Of a stretch of DNA of 64,000 nucleotides, positions 1 through 8,901 are shown one piece after another. The stretch is from the sequence record MN850584.1; one strand, given 5' to 3'. Each line of letters begins with the position of its first letter. Within the stretch, counting starts at the first letter, position 1. The translations under genes were made by a program, and so were the position numbers. Below the pieces are notes generated by a model. The model searched no databases. It worked only from the letters and a program-made list of their open reading frames with translations, and was not told the origin of the DNA. Source of the stretch: Escherichia phage arall.

Positions 1-7
1 CGAAGCC

Positions 8-349
8 ATGTCTGAACGTATTTTAGAACTAGAAGATTTGTGTGGAGAGGCTTATCAAGTGGTTGGTGCGCTGGCTTGTGAAGCACAAATGTTTGAAACT
101 TCAGAACAAGTTTCACATATGTTAGATAATTTGAGTGAATGTAAAATGATTCATGATGATGTATTGCCATTTTGTTGCAATGTTAACAAAACAGAGCAAA
201 CACAAGATTCAGAAACAGTTTATGTTCCGCTAATGTGTGTTCCAGATCATCTAAAAGGTGTATTCTCTTGTAAATGGTCGCTGTTGAGCGTTACTAATTG
301 TGGTGAAAACTATTCTGCCAACATTGAATTGCTAAAACACGTTAAATAA
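8..349 (+). CDS. hypothetical early protein
   Basis: ORF track, 113 aa; first gene of + early block; no recognisable motif. Confidence 0.5.
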   Translation: MSERILELEDLCGEAYQVVGALACEAQMFETSEQVSHMLDNLSECKMIHDDVLPFCCNVNKTEQTQDSETVYVPLMCVPDHLKGVFSCKWSLLSVTNCGENYSANIELLKHVK

Positions 350-359
350 GGAGAGTAAT

Positions 360-764
360 ATGTGGTCTGTTAAAATCAAATATAATGCGCAGTATTATGG
401 TGGAAAGCCTTACGAAGTTGTTATTTGTGACTGTATCTCTAAAGAAGTTGCACAGCTTTGTGGCGCTGGTGTTAGTGAAGCTATGAACAAAATGCATAAC
501 TCTACTGTGCGTTACCTGGATCAAGATATTCCAGAAGATGTAAATGACTATGCTTACGAAATTATTTACAGTGAAGGTAAAAAGCTCTCTATTGAAGATG
601 CACTTAAAGCACTACCTGCTATGTGCAACCCGACACCAGAAGCAGTTAAAGAGATTTTACCAGAATCCAACCCCGATGAATATGCCTCTATGGTTGCTTC
701 AGATATGTGGAATCTCTGTCGAGAAACTATGATTAAAAATCTGGTGGAAATGGCGCATGAGTAA
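360..764 (+). CDS. hypothetical early protein
   Basis: 134 aa ORF; RBS GGAGAG 6 nt upstream of ATG. Confidence 0.6.
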   Translation: MWSVKIKYNAQYYGGKPYEVVICDCISKEVAQLCGAGVSEAMNKMHNSTVRYLDQDIPEDVNDYAYEIIYSEGKKLSIEDALKALPAMCNPTPEAVKEILPESNPDEYASMVASDMWNLCRETMIKNLVEMAHE

Positions 765-975
765 AACGCACTTTATACATCCGTTTGATCCAAAGAACAA
801 GGCGGTTATACACCGCCGTTGGACTGAAACGCGCATTACAAAATGTCCTGTGCCAGCAGCACAGGAATATAACAAAACATATAAAGCAGAATTTGTGGAG
901 TACACCTTTGTAAATAACAAAGGGAAGGAGGTTTATGTTCCAGAATACTGCCTTTGGATAAAATGGGAGGAATAA
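757..975 (+). CDS. hypothetical protein
   Basis: 72 aa ORF, start overlaps upstream stop (operon-style coupling). Confidence 0.5.
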   Translation: MSKTHFIHPFDPKNKAVIHRRWTETRITKCPVPAAQEYNKTYKAEFVEYTFVNNKGKEVYVPEYCLWIKWEE

Positions 976-1142
976 TGCAAACATTTTTTATCGACAAGTT
1001 TAATAAAAATATGAACACGTGGATGGCAACATTCACTATGCAATTTGCGTCATTTAAAGAGGCTCAAGAATGGTGCGATCAGCACAAGGATTTTGATTTT
1101 TACTATCAAATTAATACAAATCTTTCTCCAGAGGATAAATAA
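954..1142 (+). CDS. hypothetical protein
   Basis: 62 aa ORF; RBS GGGAGGAA upstream. Confidence 0.5.
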   Translation: MDKMGGIMQTFFIDKFNKNMNTWMATFTMQFASFKEAQEWCDQHKDFDFYYQINTNLSPEDK

Positions 1143-1143
1143 T

Positions 1144-1488
1144 ATGTTGGCTGATATTGAAATCCTTATGTACCGCCAAGGTATGATCAAAATGTGGCTG
1201 GATTCTTTTAGCAACATATACTGCACAGTGCGATCAGCAGAGGAGCGTAAAACGCTTATTTTATCTGCTATTGTTGATAAACAACGTTTCTTCAAAGAAG
1301 TTTTGCAAACAGGCTTCTCCGATGCAGGAGTAGAGATTGCAACTCTTAGTCTTGGGGTGCTGTCTTACTTGGAATCCGTTGTTTTATATGTCTTCTCTTT
1401 AGAAGAACACTTGCAATTTGAAGCATTAAAACTTATCTTAGACGCTGCAATTGACATAGAACAAAATCGAATTGATTCTTTTGAATAA
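1144..1488 (+). CDS. hypothetical protein
   Basis: ORF track 1045..1488 trimmed to in-frame ATG 1144 directly after upstream stop. Confidence 0.5.
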   Translation: MLADIEILMYRQGMIKMWLDSFSNIYCTVRSAEERKTLILSAIVDKQRFFKEVLQTGFSDAGVEIATLSLGVLSYLESVVLYVFSLEEHLQFEALKLILDAAIDIEQNRIDSFE

Positions 1489-1504
1489 AAATAAGGAGAA
1501 AACC

Positions 1505-1963
1505 ATGCAAGAGGTTAAACATTATCCACATGGTCGTAGTTTTGTAGCTGTATGGCATGTTCCTGCTCGTAATGAACTGTTTTGTGCATCTTTTCATTAC
1601 AAAGATGGACAATATTTCACCTATGACGAGACGATGGATGATTTTATCCCAGAGTGCGATCATGGGTATACACCAATGTTCTTTAAACGTATGAAAGCTC
1701 GTTTCTTCGTTACAGATGTTGATGGTGAACCTACTTGGCACATCGAAGAAGATTGGCAAGATTCTGTGGATATTAAAGAAGCCCCAGAATGGGCTACACT
1801 ACTGGTACACGTGAAAACCCCTACCCTTGACATTATGGCGTGGGTTAATCATGATGATACCCATTACCAATACATAAACAGTAGCACAGAGATTTCTGGT
1901 GAGATTATTGGTCGTTGGAAGCCTACGAATCAGGTTGCTATTGTCGGATATAAGACAGTATAA
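1505..1963 (+). CDS. hypothetical protein
   Basis: ORF track 1472..1963 trimmed to ATG 1505 preceded by AAGGAGAA. Confidence 0.6.
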   Translation: MQEVKHYPHGRSFVAVWHVPARNELFCASFHYKDGQYFTYDETMDDFIPECDHGYTPMFFKRMKARFFVTDVDGEPTWHIEEDWQDSVDIKEAPEWATLLVHVKTPTLDIMAWVNHDDTHYQYINSSTEISGEIIGRWKPTNQVAIVGYKTV

Positions 1964-1964
1964 T

Positions 1965-2159
1965 ATGAAAAGTAGCGTAGATTGGGATGATTTATCCGCT
2001 TTTGAAAAATGGTTCTTAGGTAGTGGTTGTTATGCAGATGGGGATCTCGAAAGAGATCCTTCTGGAAACTACATTATGCCATTAACCCAAGGTTTTTATG
2101 AGTGCTGGTGCGCAGCACAAAACAACGTACTGAATAAGGAGACAACACAATGCAATTAA
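1965..2159 (+). CDS. hypothetical protein
   Basis: ORF track 1899..2159 trimmed to ATG 1965 after upstream stop. Confidence 0.45.
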   Translation: MKSSVDWDDLSAFEKWFLGSGCYADGDLERDPSGNYIMPLTQGFYECWCAAQNNVLNKETTQCN

Positions 2160-2389
2160 ACATCGGACAACCAATTTTTGATGCAGATACTGGTCAATAT
2201 GCAGTGATTGTTGCTCGTATGAGCGGTGATGACTTTATTGTTTCAGAACTACTGGAATCAGATCCGCAACTGCGTGTGGTTTGTGACCTATATCTTCGAG
2301 ACGAAAGTGATCGCATTGCACTGAAAGAAGATGGTATGCTTTACTACACCTGGACTAGAGATCCTGGTGTAAAGGAGGTAGAGGTATAA
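2150..2389 (+). CDS. hypothetical protein
   Basis: 79 aa; RBS AAGGAGA upstream. Confidence 0.55.
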   Translation: MQLNIGQPIFDADTGQYAVIVARMSGDDFIVSELLESDPQLRVVCDLYLRDESDRIALKEDGMLYYTWTRDPGVKEVEV

Positions 2390-2688
2390 TGGTAAGGAAT
2401 AGGGGTTTACATAAAAGAAGACACCTTACTTACTGGCATCGCAAAGTACATGAACCTGTATCAAAGAAAGAATGGCAATACCTTCCTTATGGAAAGGAGC
2501 GAAGGAAGTATTTGTTAGCTCATTTAAGGGTACATGGTTCGCTTCCTGTTAACAGTAAGTGGCAATTGCAAACAGCTTATGACGAAGATATGAAATATCT
2601 GTTAAAGAGAGGCATTATTTGCCTTGTTAAGATAGGACGATGGAAATCTCGTCAATCTTATATCGTACTTAAACAGGAGAAACGATGA
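2389..2688 (+). CDS. hypothetical basic protein
   Basis: 99 aa, K/R-rich; RBS AAGGAGGTAGAGG upstream. Confidence 0.55.
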   Translation: MVRNRGLHKRRHLTYWHRKVHEPVSKKEWQYLPYGKERRKYLLAHLRVHGSLPVNSKWQLQTAYDEDMKYLLKRGIICLVKIGRWKSRQSYIVLKQEKR

Positions 2689-2936
2689 ATATCAAAGATG
2701 TTGTAGCATACGTAGAAGATGAAGTTAAAAACCATACAAGTTTACTGAAAGTAATGGTTGTGGTTAAAGATGGTATTGGACAAGTAAACGTACAACATGT
2801 CTTATCTGACACTGTATATAATGTGTTTGAATGTAAAGAAACACCTCATGGAGTACGTGTGGTTTATATTGATAACAATTTCAAAGAATGTGTGAGACAT
2901 ACCTTAGAAAATGAACTAAGGATCACAATCTTATGA
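2685..2936 (+). CDS. hypothetical protein
   Basis: 83 aa; RBS AGGAGAA upstream; start overlaps upstream stop. Confidence 0.55.
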   Translation: MNIKDVVAYVEDEVKNHTSLLKVMVVVKDGIGQVNVQHVLSDTVYNVFECKETPHGVRVVYIDNNFKECVRHTLENELRITIL

Positions 2937-3106
2937 GTTATTATGTTGTACCTTATGCCAATAAGTGGAGAGTAAGAGAAACTTGTTTTCTGTTCTCCTG
3001 GTGGGCTACATTCGGAGATGGCTGTGGAAATGATACAGGGAAGCCTGTAGAGTATGACACAAAAGAAGAATGTGAACAGTGGATAAAATTAACACAAAGA
3101 TGTTGA
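2933..3106 (+). CDS. small Cys/Trp-rich protein (57 aa)
   Basis: ATG overlaps stop of upstream gene (ATGA); below ORF-track size cut-off; translated by eye. Confidence 0.35.
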   Translation: MSYYVVPYANKWRVRETCFLFSWWATFGDGCGNDTGKPVEYDTKEECEQWIKLTQRC

Positions 3107-3159
3107 CACGATCTTAACTTCTTGTTAGTATCAATGTGTACTAACGATAAGGAGGGTTT

Positions 3160-3384
3160 ATGAAGTCTGTAAACAAGTTGCAACAATTTTTGTTATCAAC
3201 AGCAATCTTTTTGCTTTTGTTAATTGGTATTCTGTATGGTGCATCTAACTTATACAATCTACATAATGATGTAGAACAGAATAAAGAGAAGTGCATCATT
3301 CTAAAACACAAGAAACAAGCAGAAGATTTCTTAAAGAATAAGTGTTACAACTACATTGATTATGAGGAGACAAACAATGATTAA
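3160..3384 (+). CDS. small membrane protein
   Basis: 74 aa; hydrophobic segment LLSTAIFLLLLIGILYG; RBS AAGGAGGG upstream. Confidence 0.55.
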   Translation: MKSVNKLQQFLLSTAIFLLLLIGILYGASNLYNLHNDVEQNKEKCIILKHKKQAEDFLKNKCYNYIDYEETNND

Positions 3385-3619
3385 AGAATTAGGTATGCGA
3401 GTATACAGTGAGTGGACTCCAAGCAATGGCCCAGGAGTTGTTGCAGCTAAATGTATCAATGGTCGTATTGAGTACCTGGAAGGGTATGAAGATAATGAAG
3501 AATTAGTAGATTATGCTAAATCTTTTATTGAAGATGATACAGACTTTATTGTATTATATGATACAGGAGAGTTAGAGTATGGATATGATGGAGATGGGGA
3601 TATCTTTGAACTTCAATAA
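3377..3619 (+). CDS. hypothetical acidic protein
   Basis: ORF track 3356..3619 trimmed to ATG 3377 after GAGGAGACAAACA. Confidence 0.55.
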   Translation: MIKELGMRVYSEWTPSNGPGVVAAKCINGRIEYLEGYEDNEELVDYAKSFIEDDTDFIVLYDTGELEYGYDGDGDIFELQ

Positions 3620-3826
3620 GAGTAGTAAGTAAGGTATAAAGAGTATATAGTTAGTTATAGAGTTAGTAACATTACATATACTCTTTCCATGTATAACATG
3701 GAATATTCTCTACCTCGCTATCGCTCGGTATATAAGATTAGGGTAGCATGTTTTTTACGAAAAGTAAAACTGTTTATACCGATTGATAGCAGGTTTTTAA
3801 TAGATTCTATCTGTGAGGAGTAGAAA

Positions 3827-4045
3827 GTGTACAAATTATATAAAGGAAAAGATAAGTTTACGGGTAATACATCTGGTTTCTATGTAACACCACGCGGCGT
3901 TGCCGTATTTGATTGGATTCCTGGTACTCCAGATCGTGAAATGATCTCTCTTGTAAAACTGTCGGAACAAGAGTACACTTACGGTGACATTACAACATTC
4001 TATTCTCGTGCAGAAAATCCAAAACTGATTGCGGAGTGGGAATAA
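3827..4045 (+). CDS. hypothetical protein
   Basis: 72 aa; GTG start after GAGGAG; follows 200-bp promoter-like intergenic region. Confidence 0.5.
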   Translation: MYKLYKGKDKFTGNTSGFYVTPRGVAVFDWIPGTPDREMISLVKLSEQEYTYGDITTFYSRAENPKLIAEWE

Positions 4046-4308
4046 TGGTTACACGATATGATTTAGAGGTGTACAGCCAAGGTGCTGCTGGTCAATGTGA
4101 TATTGTACCAGATCCAGAAGGAGACTATGTTCTTCTTGCTGATTACAACAAGCTAGAAGAAAGACTTCTGGCTGTGTATGCTAAAGAGAACAAAACAATC
4201 TGTCCTTATTGCAATGGAATGGGTTGGGTGGTTGCAGATGTTGGACAAATGTATGAGTGTGTACCTTGTAAAACCACAGGCTTTATTGAAAAGGATACTG
4301 ACAAATGA
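4036..4308 (+). CDS. zinc-ribbon protein
   Basis: 90 aa; CPYCNG...CVPC two CxxC pairs. Confidence 0.55.
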   Translation: MGIMVTRYDLEVYSQGAAGQCDIVPDPEGDYVLLADYNKLEERLLAVYAKENKTICPYCNGMGWVVADVGQMYECVPCKTTGFIEKDTDK

Positions 4309-4553
4309 CTGTAGCAGATAAAATGAGAGAACTGGCAGAAAACGCAGAACTTAACAAAGCAAAGGAGAGTTTACAAAACATCTACGCGTATATTGAAAGA
4401 GCAGCTAAAGATGGAGACAGAGAAGCCGCTATATACACGCTTTATCCAACTTTTGTAAAAGTTAGTTTGGATGCTGAAGGTTTTTCAACTTTTATTGATA
4501 CAGAAACATCTCATTACGATGAAAACTTTACTCGAATAGTTATTCGATGGTAA
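4305..4553 (+). CDS. hypothetical protein
   Basis: 82 aa; start overlaps upstream stop. Confidence 0.5.
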   Translation: MTVADKMRELAENAELNKAKESLQNIYAYIERAAKDGDREAAIYTLYPTFVKVSLDAEGFSTFIDTETSHYDENFTRIVIRW

Positions 4554-4658
4554 ATTTCTGATATTTATGCGCCCTGGCTACCTGGGCGTAATAAATTCAG
4601 CTTATATTTGATCCGCGCCTTCGGCGCTTAGGCAAAGCCACGCCACATAGGAGAGTTT

Positions 4659-5069
4659 ATGTTCAAATGGTTAAAAGAGTTTCTAACATCTTTGGCAGAA
4701 CCTAAGCAAGATGTTATTAAAAGCTCTATCACAGGAAAACCGCTTGTTATAGTTACAGGCGTCTTTGGTCATGGGTTTTCTCTTAAACAAACAGACATAG
4801 GTTTACAGGGATGTTTGATTAGTTTTAGAATCACTCAATTAGGAGATAATAGACAAACAATCTTAGACCTTTTCAATGGGGAGTTTGATGATTATTTATC
4901 TAAGAGTGGTAAAGAACGTCTGATCGAACATATAAAACACCGCTATGAGCATGGTGGTTACTACTTAGATACAAAACGTAATGCACAAGGTGATCTTGAC
5001 ATAGTTCGTATAGCGTGGGATAATGAATTTAAAACTAAACTTGGTAAACTTCTGGAGGAGTTGTGGTAA
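4659..5069 (+). CDS. hypothetical protein
   Basis: 136 aa; RBS AGGAGAG upstream. Confidence 0.55.
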   Translation: MFKWLKEFLTSLAEPKQDVIKSSITGKPLVIVTGVFGHGFSLKQTDIGLQGCLISFRITQLGDNRQTILDLFNGEFDDYLSKSGKERLIEHIKHRYEHGGYYLDTKRNAQGDLDIVRIAWDNEFKTKLGKLLEELW

Positions 5070-5245
5070 ATATTAAAACAGGTGATATTGTACGTCTTGC
5101 CAGTGAAGAAATGTTAATGACTGTAATGGTATCTACCTATGATACTTGCGAAGTGGTATGGTTTGATGTTAATGAACAACTACAGAAAGCTACATTTGAT
5201 AAACGTATGCTTCGTAAAGTTGAAGAAGTGAAGGAGGAAGAATAA
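5063..5245 (+). CDS. hypothetical protein
   Basis: 60 aa; RBS GGAGGAG upstream. Confidence 0.45.
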   Translation: MVNIKTGDIVRLASEEMLMTVMVSTYDTCEVVWFDVNEQLQKATFDKRMLRKVEEVKEEE

Positions 5246-5246
5246 T

Positions 5247-5459
5247 ATGACAATGTTGCTTCGTATGTTTGTGTTTCTTATGTTCTGGATTATCGTTGGT
5301 AACGGTATTGTGTTTTTGATTTTTCCTGAAGTAATGACAGGTAATGAAAATAAGGCAGTGCCTTACATTATGCTTATCGGTTACGGTATTGGTACACTCG
5401 GATTACTGTTTGCTGACTGGTTAGTCAATACTTTGTTCTCTAAGTACAGGAACAACTAA
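5247..5459 (+). CDS. small membrane protein (two hydrophobic helices)
   Basis: 70 aa; FVFLMFWIIVGNGIVFLIF and LIGYGIGTLGLLFADWLV; RBS AAGGAGGAAGAA. Confidence 0.55.
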   Translation: MTMLLRMFVFLMFWIIVGNGIVFLIFPEVMTGNENKAVPYIMLIGYGIGTLGLLFADWLVNTLFSKYRNN

Positions 5460-5460
5460 T

Positions 5461-5733
5461 ATGTCGGAAAAATTACCTAATGTTTTCTTTTGTTTTGTAG
5501 ATTGTGTTACACAAGAAATTATAGTTGACGAAGAAGGTATGTTTACTTATTTTGCATCTGAAGAAGAGGCAAAACTGTCAGCTATGAAATGTATAAGCCA
5601 ATTGTCAGTACCTGCTGTCAACAGGTTCGGTATTGCACAGGTGTATAAAACAGTAACAGAGTTTACACCAGATCGAAAACTAACTTTTCTTAACGTTCAC
5701 TTTGTTTGTAAGTTTAGTGAACTACGACATTAA
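5461..5733 (+). CDS. hypothetical protein
   Basis: 90 aa ORF. Confidence 0.5.
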   Translation: MSEKLPNVFFCFVDCVTQEIIVDEEGMFTYFASEEEAKLSAMKCISQLSVPAVNRFGIAQVYKTVTEFTPDRKLTFLNVHFVCKFSELRH

Positions 5734-5746
5734 ATCAGGAGTGAAA

Positions 5747-6346
5747 ATGAAAGAATATTGGAGTGGTGAGAAGGGCTTACTAAAGCCAGGAATGCTTTTG
5801 CGAGTAAAGAACATGTTGATCACACAGGATTACATAATGCCTAATCCTGGGGCATTAGTAGAATTCCTTACTGCACGAGATCAACCTGGGGTTGGTGAAA
5901 TGTGGATTGTAACGTGGATATCTCTTGATGGTAAGTTGCGCGTTGCTCCTATCGACCCAAAACATTTGGAATCTCCTTACGCCAGCATTGATTCTCGGAT
6001 CATAGATTTGGCTAGAGTTTATAAGGCTAGGACTGGTGTAGAATTAGATGTAGAAATTTTAAATCAATGTATTGACTTCTTACCTGAAAAAGTGCATAAT
6101 GCACAACAAGAAGATAGCGGTTTAGAAGTTATTCTTCTGAATGATGGGATGTTCTCTGGTTTGGCATCTGTAGATTTTCCAATAACATTAAGATTGTTAC
6201 CTGGGGAATACGTACTGGATGAAACAACTATTGCTATATCCTCTAAAATTTTAGAACTCATTCCAGGTGCAAGGTGTGTTGGTGATACCTCTTCCTTGCT
6301 GTTTACTCTGAATGAAGAAGCCATTATAGTTAAAAAGGAGAAGTAA
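5747..6346 (+). CDS. hypothetical protein
   Basis: ORF track 5702..6346 trimmed to ATG 5747 after AGGAGTGAAA. Confidence 0.55.
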   Translation: MKEYWSGEKGLLKPGMLLRVKNMLITQDYIMPNPGALVEFLTARDQPGVGEMWIVTWISLDGKLRVAPIDPKHLESPYASIDSRIIDLARVYKARTGVELDVEILNQCIDFLPEKVHNAQQEDSGLEVILLNDGMFSGLASVDFPITLRLLPGEYVLDETTIAISSKILELIPGARCVGDTSSLLFTLNEEAIIVKKEK

Positions 6347-6502
6347 ATGATGACGTTTATTGTTGGTGTTGTTGTTGGTTATTTTGGTCACAAGTACCAG
6401 GATGTTATCATCGCTAAAGTTGACGAAGTAATCGAAAAATTTAAACACTAATTTTCTAAAAGGCTGTACTATTGTGCAGCCTATCTTTCAAAGGAGAGTA
6501 AA

Positions 6503-6676
6503 ATGTTCAAAGATACCAATTATAAATGTGTACATTGTGGTAAATCTTTTGGTGATCACCAAGCTAAAACATTCAATTGTCCACGAAAAGGGCGAGGTAG
6601 CTTTAAAGGTTTTAATCCATCCCACGTTTATTCTCCCAACTACGAGAAACCAGAAGAAGAAAAATTTGTAATCTGA
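6503..6676 (+). CDS. small zinc-finger-like protein (57 aa)
   Basis: ATG after AAGGAGAG; CxxC...C pattern (KCVHCGK...NCPRKG); replaces track ORF 6474..6671, which is in another frame. Confidence 0.45.
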   Translation: MFKDTNYKCVHCGKSFGDHQAKTFNCPRKGRGSFKGFNPSHVYSPNYEKPEEEKFVI

Positions 6677-6685
6677 GGAGGCAAT

Positions 6686-6973
6686 ATGGAACTAGTACAA
6701 GAAGTTTATGAAAAACTAAAAGAAGAGAATCTTGATTGGCCTGAACATGCTCTTATTGTCGTCAAAGATACTAATGGTGAAATAAAATTCTCAAGTGTAA
6801 GTGAAGACGATGTTGTTTTAAGTCCTACAGGATATTATATGAGAGGTGTTACGTGCCTATTCAACACCAAAGTGTATCCTGAAGTTAAACTTAGTTACGG
6901 TGAACCTGATCATCCAGAAATCGTTACACGTAATGAATATGAAAATTATTATTTTGCTCGTGAAAGCAAATAA
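6686..6973 (+). CDS. hypothetical protein
   Basis: 95 aa; RBS GAGGAGG upstream. Confidence 0.6.
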   Translation: MELVQEVYEKLKEENLDWPEHALIVVKDTNGEIKFSSVSEDDVVLSPTGYYMRGVTCLFNTKVYPEVKLSYGEPDHPEIVTRNEYENYYFARESK

Positions 6974-6981
6974 GGAAAGCT

Positions 6982-7305
6982 ATGCAAAAAATAAACACTG
7001 GTTCTCGTCCTAAACAGAAGCAAACAAAAGCAAGGGTATCTTATGTTGACAACTCTTGTTATAATTTCAAAAATGTTAAAGAAGTTATCATTGATGAAAA
7101 AGAAGGTTTGATTCACATTTCATCTGAACGTTTGAAAGGTAGTGTTACTCTTCGTGAGAATGTATCTATACCTATGAAAGTTGTGGCTACACTCTGTGTT
7201 GATAAACCAGATGTTGTTAACTACTATGTGTTCCGTGATAGTTGTATTTCATTACATAATAAGATTTTTAAATCTTCGCACGTTAAAACAAAACACATTG
7301 TATAA
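6982..7305 (+). CDS. hypothetical protein
   Basis: 107 aa; followed by terminator hairpin. Confidence 0.55.
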   Translation: MQKINTGSRPKQKQTKARVSYVDNSCYNFKNVKEVIIDEKEGLIHISSERLKGSVTLRENVSIPMKVVATLCVDKPDVVNYYVFRDSCISLHNKIFKSSHVKTKHIV

Positions 7306-7310
7306 CACAT

Positions 7311-7334
7311 AAACCCGCTTCGGCGGGTTTTCTT
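7311..7334 (+). terminator. rho-independent terminator
   Basis: hairpin CCCGCTTCGGCGGG followed by TTTTCTTG. Confidence 0.6.
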
Positions 7335-7379
7335 GTATGTGTGTTTTTATTTGTCTTAGCATAAACAATAGGAGGTATT

Positions 7380-7601
7380 ATGTCTGTAGTTGTAGAAGGT
7401 AGTATTGGTTTCTTAGTAGATAACCCTCACCCTTTCGTGGTTAAGGTTCATATTCAAGAAAAGGTAAGCAACAATACGTGGTTGTGCTTGTTAGATAGTA
7501 AGATACACTCTTATACAGAGGTTTATCTTCACACTTGGCAAATTGGTACGATAACAGCAGAGGATGAATTGATAATTGAACTATATGAACGAGATCTGTA
7601 G
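7380..7601 (+). CDS. hypothetical protein
   Basis: 73 aa; RBS AGGAGGT upstream. Confidence 0.55.
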   Translation: MSVVVEGSIGFLVDNPHPFVVKVHIQEKVSNNTWLCLLDSKIHSYTEVYLHTWQIGTITAEDELIIELYERDL

Positions 7602-7679
7602 ATGACTTTATTAGAGAGTATCGTAGTGTTAATCATCTTTATCATTGTTGTCATAGGATATTTTACAGAAGACTAAAAT

Positions 7680-7716
7680 AAAGCCCCTAGAATCGCTTCT
7701 AGGGGCTTTTGTTTGC
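7680..7716. terminator. bidirectional terminator between convergent + and - blocks
   Basis: hairpin GCCCCTAGAATCGCTTCTAGGGGC flanked by A-run and T-run. Confidence 0.6.
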
Positions 7717-7776
7717 ATTAGATAGGGAAACGTATTACTAAAATAAAAAGTGCGTTAGAATGCGTTACAGGAGGTT

Positions 7777-8034
7777 TTAAGAATGCATAAAATCTTCTTC
7801 AGGGCAGGTTGAGAGATAAGAGATGCACGTTGGGACAACAACAACATTATCTTTAAGGTTTGCAACCAAGCCTTTTGTGATTCCAGCCACTGCCCCGTTA
7901 ATATCTGCTTGACGGATACCAAAACCTTGTTGTGCGGATAGATAACAAAATCCCTCACCTTTCTGTTGATTATTATTGAAGTAATAAACGTAGTGCATCA
8001 TAAAATGGTCTTTAACGATTTGTTCTGTGGTCAT
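7777..8034 (-). CDS. hypothetical protein (last gene of - block)
   Basis: 85 aa; RBS AGGAG upstream on - strand. Confidence 0.5.
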   Translation of the reverse strand: MTTEQIVKDHFMMHYVYYFNNNQQKGEGFCYLSAQQGFGIRQADINGAVAGITKGLVANLKDNVVVVPTCISYLSTCPEEDFMHS

Positions 8035-8047
8035 AATATTCTCCTAT

Positions 8048-8068
8048 AAGAAAAGGGGCTTTCGCCCC
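8048..8068 (-). terminator. rho-independent terminator
   Basis: GGGGCTTTCGCCCC hairpin with U-tract on - strand; same hairpin recurs at 19344 and 32435. Confidence 0.55.
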
Positions 8069-8077
8069 TTGGTCAAG

Positions 8078-8890
8078 TTACTTAGTCAAATGATCTTCTA
8101 TCATTTTTATGAAAGCAGGATTGCTAAAAGCATCTGCTGCCTTTTCTCTGTAAACAAAGACTCCTCTATCTTCGTAAAGAAGAGTTTCTTCGTAATTAAT
8201 TCCTGGGTTAACAACAATCATTTTTGTACCCATATTAAGTGCAGGGAATAATTCCCAATTAAAATTGATAACTTGGTTTGAACATCCTACTACAACAACC
8301 AAATCTTGCATGGTCAAAGTATCAAACAAGTGAGCCATATCTGCATACAAAGGTGCAGCCTCACCAAAAAATACAACATTAGGCTTCACCCAGTTATAAT
8401 CATCTATGTTTATACTATTGTAACCAATATCTACCAGTGTTTTGTAATCTCCAGGATGCATACGGTAAACTACTTCAGGAAGATACCCGTGCACGTGAAT
8501 AACAGAATCCCTGTCCACACCTGCTCGCTCTAGTAGATCATCAACGTTTGTTGTCAAGTTTACTACTTGGTTAGGATATTCCTTAAACCACTTTGCTATT
8601 TGAATATGTGCAGCATTAGGTTGTACATCTTTAAGCTCAACACGTCTTTTGTTATAAAATTCGTGTGTTTTGGCATACAAGTCCATACCGTTCTCGTCTA
8701 CACCACCGACCACTGGAAGATCTGGAGATGTTCTCACACGATAACCTGCTTGGAAAGCTCCAATATCGCAGACCTCTTCTAAGTCATATTCTTCCCATAA
8801 GGCACGACCACTATCTGTGTCTGTTCGGAACGTTCGAATCCCACTGTCTGCACTTAAACCTGCGCCACTAACAAAAATTACTCTTCGCAT
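8078..8890 (-). CDS. Sir2-family (sirtuin-like) NAD-binding protein, no zinc-ribbon
   Basis: 270 aa; GAGLSADSGIRTFR (GAGIS/GIPxFR), TTNVDDLLERAG (TQNID-like), VIHVHG (catalytic His), VVVGCS; no CxxC pairs. Confidence 0.8.
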   Translation of the reverse strand: MRRVIFVSGAGLSADSGIRTFRTDTDSGRALWEEYDLEEVCDIGAFQAGYRVRTSPDLPVVGGVDENGMDLYAKTHEFYNKRRVELKDVQPNAAHIQIAKWFKEYPNQVVNLTTNVDDLLERAGVDRDSVIHVHGYLPEVVYRMHPGDYKTLVDIGYNSINIDDYNWVKPNVVFFGEAAPLYADMAHLFDTLTMQDLVVVVGCSNQVINFNWELFPALNMGTKMIVVNPGINYEETLLYEDRGVFVYREKAADAFSNPAFIKMIEDHLTK

Positions 8891-8901
8891 TCAATATCCT
8901 C

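Noticed and set aside
6474-6671. Track ORF of 65 aa
   Set aside because: No RBS and a hydrophobic low-complexity translation; an overlapping frame starting at 6503 has a strong RBS and a CxxC motif and was preferred.
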